NCBI GenBank assembly: GCA_049724395.1
Contig: JAUGWO010000023.1
Location: 425,551 to 445,550 of the forward strand
Reading direction: 5' to 3'
Length of the DNA: 20,000 bases
DNA from: Spongospora subterranea f. sp. subterranea
Lineage: Eukaryota
Shown here: positions 1-10,529 of the stretch, piece by piece
Layout: each line of letters begins with the position of its first letter
Numbering within the stretch: position 1 is the stretch's first letter
Translations under genes and position numbers: made by a program
The notes under the pieces: generated by a model
Told to the model about the DNA's origin: nothing
The model's input: the letters and a program-made list of their open reading frames with translations, nothing else
Database searches by the model: none

Positions 1-3000
1 GAACTCCTTGTGAACCCCAATCTCAACCATAATCTTGATCATATAGGTCTAAGCAGCGATCTTGAGCACCAACAAGGATCCGCTTCTTCGTCCTCTGATT
101 CCGATGATGTCCCTATTTCCAATATGCGAAAAGTCCTTTCTGCCACAGGTGCCAAAGCCTTTAGGCGCATCTCTTGAACCTATTATTACTGGGTTTTCGA
201 TTACACTGTTCGTTGTGTTTTACCTACTTTGGTATTTTTAGATTTCATACCTTGCGCTGTGTTTGTTGCAATTTTGTCAATGTTTTCGTTTTGCTTTGCA
301 ATCAAGTTGGTCCTGTCTAGGTTTTACAATTGCTTTTTTGAATGAGTATCCTGTCGGTTGTGGAAATTTTATGTTACATCATATTTTTTTGGTTTTTCTG
401 AATTTGAAGAGAGTTCACCGTGGGCTGTGTGGGTTTTAGTGACGCCACCTTCGACCAAATCACGAACACCGCTCCGCCCTTCGCCGTTTGTTAAATGTCC
501 TGCCTGCGGCAAGTCAGTTGTTACAATCAACATGGACGATCACCTGGATCGTCGTTGCACAGTGTTGAACGTACGCAATATCACCGATAACGATGATCAT
601 GAAAATCAAGCCATTTCCAATGATAATACCGAAGCCGGTTCCGTGGGAAATTTTTCGACCACGCCACGATCGCGTCTTCTGAAGCCGCCAGATGGATCGC
701 TTCCGCAGTCACAACCTGGTAACTCGACTTCAAAAATTTCTAATCAATATGTCAACAACTTTCGAGCGTTTAGAGTTTTGATGGCAGTCCCTTTGGAAAG
801 CGCGCTACTACATTTTCTTTTGGGTTTCCAGTTCTATTGAGTGTCGAGTCGGTAGAGTTTATGATTGTTTTTGTTTTTTTTTTGTCAAAGTTCCATGTTT
901 GTCTGAAGTGATATGTTAGCGTCACGAGCGTCGCCGTTTGTCTTGTGCCCTTTTTGTCAAAAGTCGGTCGTCGCCATTCACATTGATGATCACCTTGACC
1001 GCAAATGTCTGTCGCGTCACAAAGAGGTTGACTGCGATGCTGCCACCGCTGTTGGTGTCTCAAGATGAAGATGATTCAATATCATCGCATTCTTGTGATG
1101 CCGATCCAGTTATTGATCCAACAAAACCGTCGACACCATCGTTTAGCCAGCGCTCATATTGTGATGCCTTGAAGCCACAGCCAGGTAGCCAAATAGTTTT
1201 GTTTTGTTTCAATTTTGATTCCTATTGGTTATGCGGCGTATGCTTTGTTTATTGTTCACTTTTTAATGAATGTGCCCGGACAAACGGTGCAACCTGTAGC
1301 TCCTTCTGGTTTTTTATCTGATCGTTGCTCGCCCCGGATTGTCTGCCGTTTATTTCCTGCCCCCCATGCTTACTTTTTCCGTTTTTTTTTCAGCAATAGC
1401 CTTTTCGCGAAAAGGAAAAAGACCTATCGCGTATTCGCAGGAGTGGCATTGGACCCAAGATGACTGTGGTATATGGAATCTGGATTTCCAATTACACGCG
1501 ACTAACGGTCCAGCCGTAAATCGTTCTCCCAGCCCTGAAATGTCATTTTCCTGCTTTATGTTGGCCGATGATCGATCGCCTTCTCCTGTTCGGGTCGCCG
1601 TCACGTTTAACTTGTCCCGGGCTTCCGTTCGAGTCTTCGGATCATAAATTAACTGTCAATCGACCTGTCTCTCGGTATTAATCAGTTTATTGTTTCTGTC
1701 GTCAAAACGTTACAGCAGCTTTTAAACGTTGAGGAAAGTTTCTCTTTCTAGTTGAGTGCATGCTTTTTTTGATATTTCAGTCTTTTATTTGATGTTGTTC
1801 AATGATAGCGTCTCTCTACCTCGTTTTATACCAGGTTGTTCTTTCCAGACACATCGTTTGTTCTTTTTACTTGATTAAGTTTGATTCTTAGGTCTTATCG
1901 ATTCGCCCCCTCGTTTTTGAAAAGTCTGCTACAGAAGAGCGTGCGATTGTGTCGCCCATGGGGAGCTGTGCGAGCGTCGCTACAGCTCATCCGTCGCGCA
2001 GGTCTTACCGAATTCCTTCGCCGTCTCACAATCATCATGGTCGAGGACGCCGTCGTGCATCCTGCATTGCCCTGGCTTGTCTCGCTTACAATAGCGACCA
2101 GTAAAGGATATCGACCACCAAACTCTTGTGTATCGCTTTGCCTGCAACTGGTAACTGATCCATTCTTGATTTTTGAAGTCTGTGCACCCAATGTTTTCTC
2201 AAAATTTGTTTTTTCCTGCTGGTCACTCCGGTTGCTTTCACAAAAATCCACTTCTGTTTCTTCAGGTGATTGTGAACTGTTTGCTGTTTACTTGTTTGTT
2301 TTTTTATTTTCACGGTGCTGGGTCTGGATTTCATCATTTTCACATTGCACTTTTCTACAGGTGTATGAAATTGCTGCTGTCAAAGTTAGGGATGTAGCCG
2401 TCTTCGGCGATGGAACTGTTTGCGTTGACTTGCGAACGGATTTGTCTTCGTTAGGTCTAACAACGACACAATGCGCCATTGTCCAGGCGTTGCTGTTGCG
2501 TGCCCAGCTTGGCGGCATGAACTGCGACGTGAAAATGTTACGACAGTCAGCCCAGATATGGACACAACGTTTCACAACAAGTCGTTTTTCGATTGATGTT
2601 ACCCAAGATGAACGGTTCGCGTTTTGTGAAGTTATTGCTGACGCCAACTACCGTCCTTACTCAATGGCCGATGTTGCCGTTGACGTTATCTTGGTGGAAG
2701 GTCTAGATGATGAGGACCTAATTCTCAGCAGCGTTGATCATCATTGTAGCGATGTGGCCGACGTTCTAATATTGCGACCCTCAGTTCGAGCTGTCCTACC
2801 TGAGGCCAGCATTGATATTGCTTTGCGACGTATGAACCAATTTCGTTGCCTCATTTGATTTCTTCGTTAATCAGTTGTTGTTCCAGTTCTTCATACCGTA
2901 ATCTGGCGGTGTTCCAGCTCACTATCGAATAAAGGCGACATGTTTGATAGCAAGACTGGTGTTATCGATAACACTGTCCCTGCTATGCTGGAGAAGATAT

Positions 3001-3080
3001 TCGAGGCTATTCGCAAAGATTTTTACGATTTTGCCATTGAATTTATTAGTGCTCGTCGGTCAATATCCTCGACTCGATGA
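1..3080 (+). CDS. Multi-exon gene (5' partial; possibly a pseudogene) for an uncharacterised protein with two UBZ4-like zinc fingers and an MgsA/RarA C-terminal-like helical domain
   Basis: Phase-compatible GT-AG exons read by hand: <1-148, 440-718, 920-1184, 1394-1674, 1892-2150, 2361-2829, 2887-3080 (TGA at 3078-3080). Zinc fingers: CPACGKSVVTINMDDHLDRRC (496-558) and CPFCQKSVVAIHIDDHLDRKC (946-1008). Domain motifs: FLKSLLQKSVR, FLRRLTIIMVED..HP, ATSKGY, RAQLGGMNCD..ML, SVDHHC, IWRCSSS. Two frameshifts are required, at about 1050-1066 and about 1620-1645. Confidence 0.72.
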
Positions 3081-3532
3081 CGACTTAAAGGCATCAAACT
3101 GGTTTTATGTTGTCGATATTTATGATGATTTCTTCATTAAATTATCTGAAGCGTCTCGTTATTACCAGACCAGTTGCAACATTTTGTAGAAGAGAATCAG
3201 AGGGCCTACCCAACGCGAAGGAAGCGATACAATATTGGATGATGCCCTGGTATTCTGGTTTAGAACCTTAGACCGACTTTGTTGACGATATGGAGGTAAA
3301 TGGGTACTCTTCATCGGTGTCATTTGGGAAATGTCAATGGCTGCGCAATATTATTTCATTATTGCGCAGTGTTTGTTAAGCAGTTCGCAGTTTCTGATGA
3401 TTGCGCAGTGTGTATTGGTAATGGGGTTCTTCGGCAGTACAGAGATCGGCGGAGGAACCTTCCAAGGCATAATCTCTTGACCCTAGCCAACCCGATCCCG
3501 TATCAGTTTTACCAAATCTAAGCCATCTTCTC

Positions 3533-4878
3533 ATGACCGACGGAAGTCCAGATCGTGCCTCCGCGGACGATAGCGCTGATCCAAAACCGTCGTCGGTACG
3601 TCCGCCCACCGTATATCATTATCGTCCTTCTTCGTTTGAATAATATCGCTTCAGTATTATTTTTTCAAATCAACACCGGTGGAGGTAGCTCAAAAATTTG
3701 CCCCTCAAAGGGTCGAAGTTCATGTTGAGAATTCCGTCGCTGCAGATGGCACATCCGTATGGAATAAGGGCAACACTTGGTCGGTTTATTTTACTTTTTA
3801 CTTTTCTAGCGCTTTGGTAGCACATCCAGTTTTCTCTAATTGTTGTCCTTGATGGTGTTGCTGTATAAATGATTTTCGGGTAACCATCTCTTGGGATGGA
3901 TTTTACTGTTTTGTTTGATGTTCCTGTTCGAAACTGGATTTTCCCGTTTTCAATGTCCTTTCGAGTTAGTCATCGATTGGATCTATGCGATTTGATTTAT
4001 TGTATTATTGGCAATCAAAGGTGCTGATTCTGTCTGCGTCAATAGGGAAGAGCGGGATTTATCATCCTGGGCCAGCGAAACTATAAGTTCGTTGCTGATG
4101 TCTGTCAAAATTCCCTGCGCAGCCAGCGATAACCTCGCATTTAAATCCGTTGAGACTACAAAATCGCATGTATGAATTGCTGTCGAAATCGTGGATTTCC
4201 GCAACTATTTGCTTTTTTTGTTTCTTTACGCTTACTGTGTATATCAGCGTACTTCCATGTGTATTGACAGTTGGATGCTCTTCACCCAAAGAATATGTGT
4301 TTAAGTTGGTGTTCAGCTCTTATAACGTTTTTTATCAACCGCCATTTTTACCGTTTTCTTTTTACAGATAGTCAATTTTTTCGTTGTCCTATGGTTTTTT
4401 TCTCTGATTGCCTGTTGTTTCAAATGTGTTTTTTTGTTTTAATAAGGTTAGTTGGGGTTTGTTTTTGGTTTTGCTCCTTCGTGTCCACCTTCGCATAATA
4501 TGAAAATTCGGTTTTCTATTGTATTTGACTATCAAGTAGAACGTCTCAATGTTTCGCTCATGCTCTGCCACGACCCTTTTTCTGACATACTTGGGCTTTT
4601 AGGCGACCATCGTGTTCGTCCGGGGCAAGAAGCGCCATGGATATGAGATCGGCGTACTGGCTAAATGGTCTGGTATGGTTGGCGGAAAGGTTGTTGAAGG
4701 CAAAGTCGAATTTCCTGACGTTGAAGACGATACCGGCGCTGATGAGGATTTCACTGCCAATGTTTCGGCCGTCGCTGCCGACACAGAACACGAATGCGCT
4801 CGGATGGCCGTACGGAAAGTGCTGCCGGCCTTACAGTCTCAACTTCATCAATTCGATACGCTGTTTCGCCAGAAATAA
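3533..4878 (+). CDS. Activator of Hsp90 ATPase N-terminal (Aha1_N) domain protein, about 195 aa, 4 exons
   Basis: Exons 3533-3595, 3655-3779, 4046-4169 and 4603-4878 splice in frame (588 nt) with GT-AG junctions. The joined protein contains SVWNKGNTWEERDLSSWA and ATIVFVRGKKRHGYEI....W, both typical of the Aha1_N family. Confidence 0.85.
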
Positions 4879-5593
4879 TGAAGCAGTCCAATTAACCCAA
4901 AAACAAGTAAACAAACAATCATGCGTCATTATCTTTGAATGGGCCAATTCGGCACTTAAGCGCCCCTTTGAATGAGGTGACCCGTTGAAAACTTTCAACA
5001 CCCTCGTACTTCTAATCCTGCATGGATACGATGCTCGAGAACATTACTTTTACTGAAAGAAGACGCCCTTTGTAGTGTGGTGCATTTGTGCTTAGGATTT
5101 TGATGGGGTTCAGGTTTTGACCGACCTCGGTAGGAATTGACCACGTGTGTCTCTTAATGAATTTCTAATAGGTTTATCCGTCTTCAAACTTGCAAACGAT
5201 CAGTTCTACCCCACACCTTAACTGTGGCTGGGGTAGAAAACACACCTGTTATTGTGACAACGGATTTCAGAGGTTTTCTGTCATTGATATAACTGCAATC
5301 ACTGGTTTTGCTAAAGAAGGTAAGGAGTTCGCAATCCTCAAACCTACATGGCAACGTCCATTGAACACAACTTTCCTACTTTATATCAAACAGACCGCAT
5401 TCGCCTGCAACAAAACTTCAAACAGTAGTTATTGAAACAAGCTTATCTCAAAGCCGTTTGAGCCTCAACTACCTCAAATGAGATAAGTAAGGCCAAACAA
5501 ACCAAACAACTAACAGATTTCGCCTTCAAGAACAAAGTCATTTGACAGATAGTTGCAATTGCTCGTGAAGTTTCTGAGGTCGACAAACAAGTA

Positions 5594-7337
5594 CTCCCTC
5601 CGTTCGGAAATAGTTGTTGTTCCAAAATAGCTGGCCGGTTGCACTTTCACCCTTTTAAATCAACAGGATTTGAGTAGATTTAAGCACCGTTATTTCACAT
5701 TTGCAGTTTATTGAGTAGCTGAGCCATCTCATCATCCACGATGATCATCTTCGCCTTCGCGACCGATTCCACGGAACAAGGAAGTGCAATTGGGAGCTGT
5801 CCTGCAATTTGAAACTTCTCTTTCCCTATGTGCTGGATTTTGACTCTGTTGCCGACATCATCGTTCATGCAGGACTGCAGCACCGTATGTAGTGTCAAAA
5901 AATTTGAATTGATTTTGACAGGGTCCAGTTCGTCAAACGACTTTAACACTGCCGTGATCAACTCATCCAATTCGCAGTTGATTTTTGTTCCTTCAGTGAC
6001 TGGATCATCGCTTTGAAAAACCCAAGATTTAAAATGTTTATATCCGGACTATTTGGGGATTGACAGAACAAATTTATCCTGTATCCACCCTCTTTGGCTG
6101 CTGCAACAAAAGGATGATAATGTGGCCGAACTTAGGGTCTTGCACTATCCTGTTGGACAATTATTGGAATGTCATTGGAAAACTTGGACCTAATTGCGGG
6201 CATAACCTTTCTTATTATCATCTCCGCGTAAACCTTCTGGTCAACGGTTAGCACACCGAAGTGACAGGTGCTCCCTTCACCCTGTTTTTACTGGACCGTT
6301 TTGCAGGTTCCGAAGTTACGAGCGGCCACATTCCGATTTTGCCGTCAAAGATGCATTCGAAGTTTTCGTCAAAACGTGGTCTCGCTATTGCGGCAAGAAA
6401 CATTACTTTTTTAATAAACCTTTTGCTCTTACATGCTTGATAAGGCTCTTCTTCGTCGTTCGCCAGGTAAAATGTGTTATTTACTTGTGTGAGATCAAAC
6501 CACTGTTCGTCAATGTGCACTGTGTCAAACATCGTTTTGAATTTCGGCGACATCGGCATAGAATCCTGGTCTATCATTGATAAACTAAACTTGAGGCGAA
6601 GAATCTTGTTGCTTTCCGTAAGTACTGGCTTGATAGAGTTTGCATGGCGAAGAATGTTGCAATTTTTTAGAATGAGATGTAAAGTTGTAGTGGAAATGCC
6701 TGTAGCCGCTAATAGACTTCGCAAGTCCCTCTTGACTTCAAAGGAACCGCACTTACAGTTGAAGAGATGTCGGCATACTTGCTTTTACGTCCGCATTGTT
6801 TTTTGAAAAAATTAACATCCGCTGAAACCCATCCAGAGAATATTGAAGATGTTGCACGCTTCCAAATACGGCTTGCTGTCTTCCAATAAACGCCAAATTC
6901 TTGTCAATTTTTGTGAAAGCATCTTTATTTGGTCTTCCGTTGTCGTCCAGCATCGTCAGGAGCCGTTCATCAAGCTCTTTCGACATGACCATTTCGCGTC
7001 AATGACTGCTGCTCTTGGCTTTGTAAAGATTGCCGATTCGATTGTCTGGAATGTGCACGAAACACATGACTTAATGAGGACCCTGTCGTGCACCAAAGGG
7101 ATCGTGTACACAGATCAATGACGGGTCGTATTCGTAGGGCGTCGTTCATTTCTATTGAACGTGGGTTATGAACGAATTATCAGAAAACCTAGACATGGCG
7201 ACGAGACATCTCAGAGACCATTCACGAAGTACGCTAATTTCTTGACCGTAATTGACAAGTTTATTCTTTTAAATTAAAAAATGAGCTTGATTTGGTAAAA
7301 ACAAGCGTATCGGCCAAATATTTCCGAACGGAGGTGG
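5594..7337 (-). mobile_element. Tc1/mariner DNA transposon, DD39D (plant mariner/Soymar-like) type, full length but decayed
   Basis: Left TIR CTCCCTCCGTTCGGAAATAGTTG at 5594. Right end reverse complement is CCACCTCCGTTCGGAAATATTTG, ending at 7337 (20/23 match). TA on both flanks (5592-5593, 7338-7339). Contains an internal transposase. Confidence 0.92.
5695..6992 (-). pseudogene. Mariner transposase pseudogene
   Basis: Motifs FGVYWKTASRIWKR, VHIDEQWF, CKSKRFIKKVMFLAAIARPR, FDGKIGMWP, PAKRSSKNR, IVQQDSARP*, QSPNSPDINILNLGFF. There are 39 residues between the second catalytic D and the third position, which reads N here. Several frameshifts (e.g. about 6250) and an in-frame TAA. Confidence 0.92.
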
Positions 7338-8080
7338 TAGTTACTGATTCAAACATCTTCTATGATGAGATAATGAGCACGAGCCCATCACTTCACGATT
7401 ATCAAACTGAAATCATTTCTGAGTGATGTCGGGAATTAGTCGACATCATCAAGTATGTACTCTTTGTTGATCAGTACTGCCCTTTAGGTCATGGAAGCGT
7501 GTCGAGCGATTGCTGGCGTTCCAAGACACCACTGATTGCATACAAAACTTGGAATGGTTAGCATTATATAGTCATGTCTGGACGAATATGTCTTTTCAAT
7601 TTATTTGAGACATTGACCCATGCATGGCCGCGTTCCCACTATTATTCAGCATAAAAGTCGAATAAAGAGCCCGATTTCGGATTAATTCATAATTCAATAT
7701 AACATCAAGCATATCATTGTTCGATATGTTGTCCAAAGTTATTACCGACCTCAACATCACATTTTCCATCACGAACATTTTGAAGGCCCTGAAATCGTAT
7801 AGTGGGCAGAATGTGAATGTCGTTGGACGTTCAATGGAAGAGTGTGTCGACACATATTGCGTCAGAATATCGGGATATGGGTTGTCGACGAGCTTGGGAC
7901 ATTGTGAGCAGACGCCAACTGGCATCAGAAGTCAATGAAAATAAAAAACCTGGCACCATGATTTTGGTGTACATTCGGTTGAGATTTTATAAATGAAATC
8001 GGCTGGCTAACTAGGCCAATTGGTGGTGATCCTAGTCCAAGGCGGTGAATGAGGCACCACAAGGATTGAGTCCATATTTT

Positions 8081-8936
8081 CTATGGAAGATACTTTTGGC
8101 AATGGATTATATCGGGTATGTTCATGATGCAATCGTGAATGGCGTCATCATTCAGCGATTGATCTGAAAAACAGCACCTGATTTCGATCACGTCAAAGTC
8201 TCGAAGAGAGAATCAGAACCGAATTTAAACCCAATTTCGAACAGGCGGCCTTAATACAGTTTTGGACTGAGCCGAAAACAGCACCTGGCGCCTTCTCCGC
8301 CAAAAAGGTTTGGCACTGCATTATGGGCACGTCCTGAGCCCATCTCTTTGGCTTCGGCAACGTGGATTCCGACAAGGAGCGCAGCGATTTTTCGAATTCC
8401 ATTAGTTGGACAAGGAAAGCGCGATTTGGACAGATAAATGGTCGAGATTCCTTGATGGAGCTGATAATTTCCAGAAGTGATCTCGACGTTGTTTGCAGCA
8501 GATAGGCGATACAGATGGTGGGGGAGCGGGACGCCCCAGCGACACAGTGGACGAGTACAGCCTGGCCGTCCTGGCGAGCTCGCTCAATCACGGCACAGGT
8601 CTCAATAAAATATGAACTAATATCCTGATCGACCCTGTCTTTTAATACCAGATTCTTGTATTGGAACAGGTCAGGAAAATGGTTCCGACATTCCTCGGCA
8701 CAATTGATAATTATCTGAAAAAATAACTGAGATTGAACTGCCGAATGATCACGTCAATTCGCGAATATATTTACGCTGACTGAAAACTGTCGCAGCGCCT
8801 GAACCTGTTTCGAATCGTACTGATTGCCTAAATACAAGAGGCCGGGAATGATGGTTGTCGCCTTCCACATGGCAGCGCTGGAGGGCGAAATTGTGTGGCC
8901 GGCCAGTTGGCGCAGCCTGCTCTGCTGCTGCAAATC
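8081..8936 (-). CDS. Dual-specificity protein phosphatase (DSPc domain)
   Basis: Exons 8936 (or ATG at 8870)-8775, 8714-8231 and probably 8163-8081. The translation includes IIPGLLYLGN, IINCAEEC.NHFP, LKDRVDQDISSYF and the catalytic loop VLVHCVAGASRSPTICIAYL, then RPFICPNRAFLVQL. The 5' end and last exon are uncertain. Confidence 0.88.
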
Positions 8937-10150
8937 CTATTGGTTTATGGGTGATTGTGTGGGGCCTATTGGACTCGTCTCTATTGGTTTATGGGCGATG
9001 GTGATTGTGTGGGGCCTATTGGACTCGTCTCTATTGGTTTATGGGCGATGGTGATTGTGTGGGGCCTATTGGACTCGTCTCTATTGGTTTATGGGCGATG
9101 GTGATTGTGTGCCTATTGGACTCGTCTCTATTGGTTTATGGGCGATGGTGATTGTGTGGGGCCTTTGGACTCGTCTCTATTGGTTTATGGGCTATGGTGA
9201 TTGTGTGGGGCCTATTGGACTCGTCTCTATTGGTTTATGGGCGATGGTGATTGTGTGGGGCCTATTGGACTCGTCTCTATTGGTTTATGGGCGATGGTGA
9301 TTGTGTGGGGCCTATTGGACTCGTCTCTATTGGTTTATGGGCGATGGTGATTGTGTGGGGTGTGGGGCCTATTGGACTCGTCTCTATTGGTTTATGGGCT
9401 ATGGTGATTGTGTGGGGCCTATTGGACTCGTCTCTATTGGTTTATGGGCGATGGTGATTGTGTGGGGCCTATTGGACTCGTCTCTATTGGTTTATGGGCG
9501 ATGGTGATTGTGTGGGGCCTATTGGACTCGTCTCTATTGGTTTATGGGCGATGGTGATTGTGTGGGGCCTATTGGACTCGTCTCTATTGGTTTATGGGCG
9601 ATGGTGATTGTGTGGGGCCTATTGGACTCGTCTCTATTGGTTTATGGGCGATGGTGATTGTGTGGGGCCTATTGGACTCGTCTCTATTGGTTTATGGGCT
9701 ATGGTGATGGTGATTGTGTGGGGCCTATTGGACTCGTCTCTATTGGTTTATGGGCGATGGTGATTGTGTGGGGCCTATTGGACTCGTCTCTATTGGTTTA
9801 TGGGCGATGGTGATTGTGTGGGGCCTATTGGACTCGTCTCTATTGGTTTATGGGCGATGGTGATTGTGTGGGGCCTATTGGACTCGTCTCTATTGGTTTA
9901 TGGGCGATGGTGATTGTGTGGGGCCTATTGGACTCGTCTCTATTGGTTTATGGGCGATGGTGATTGTGTGGGGCCTATTGGACTCGTCTCTATTGGTTTA
10001 TGGGCGATGGTGATTGTGTGGGGCCTATTGGACTCGTCTCTATTGGTTTATGGGCGATGGTGATTGTGTGGGGCCTATTGGACTCGTCTCTATTGGTTTA
10101 TGGGCGATGGTGATTGTGTGGGGCCTATTGGACTCGTCTCTATTGGTTTA
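8936..10150. repeat. Tandem minisatellite, 50-bp unit, about 24 copies
   Basis: Unit GGGGCCTATTGGACTCGTCTCTATTGGTTTATGGGCGATGGTGATTGTGT. I counted 24 occurrences of GGACTCGTCT between 8971 and 10130. A few units carry small indels or a GGGCT variant. The array decays after about 10150. Confidence 0.97.
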
Positions 10151-10529
10151 TATTGATTGTTTATGGGCGTTTATGGTGATATGGTGATTGTGTGGGGCTA
10201 TTGGACTGTCTCTATGGTTTATGGGCGATGGTGATTGTGTGGGCTATGATGGTTTATGGGCGATGGTGATGGGCGATGGGCAATGATGGTGGGCTATAGG
10301 TGGTGATAACTGAATTGACGTGTTCCATAACTACTGATCGGTCGTGGGCCATGGTGATTGTGTGACGTGTTATTGATCAGTTGGGCAATTGATAATTACT
10401 GTCTCTAGATTATGGGTCGTGGGCATGTCCTAAAAACCCTCTACAGATGGTTGAATGGTGATGTCCTTGCATGGTCTTTGCTGTTGTCGTTTATTGATTT
10501 GGTTGTTTTTAGGTTGTTTCATTCAAATT

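Noticed and set aside
2151..2360. Hydrophobic coding segment inside the 325-aa ORF
   Set aside because: T-rich and bounded by GTAACT...CTACAG; best read as a stop-free 210-nt intron.
5204..5238. 10-bp hairpin TTCTACCCCA/TGGGGTAGAA as a terminator or Helitron end
   Set aside because: Eukaryotic context and no CTRR terminus at the expected distance; may be chance.
5348..7450. Old ORF interrupted by the mariner (…EVDKQV/VTDSNIF…)
   Set aside because: It looks protein-like across the empty site, but 3 stops in about 82 codons on the left side is close to random and there is no recognisable homology.
7596..7938. Overlapping ORFs on both strands
   Set aside because: No recognisable motifs, and no convincing splice link to the phosphatase gene.
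8824..9507. ORFs in the 50-bp array
   Set aside because: The unit is not a multiple of 3, and the ORFs are by-products of repeat periodicity.
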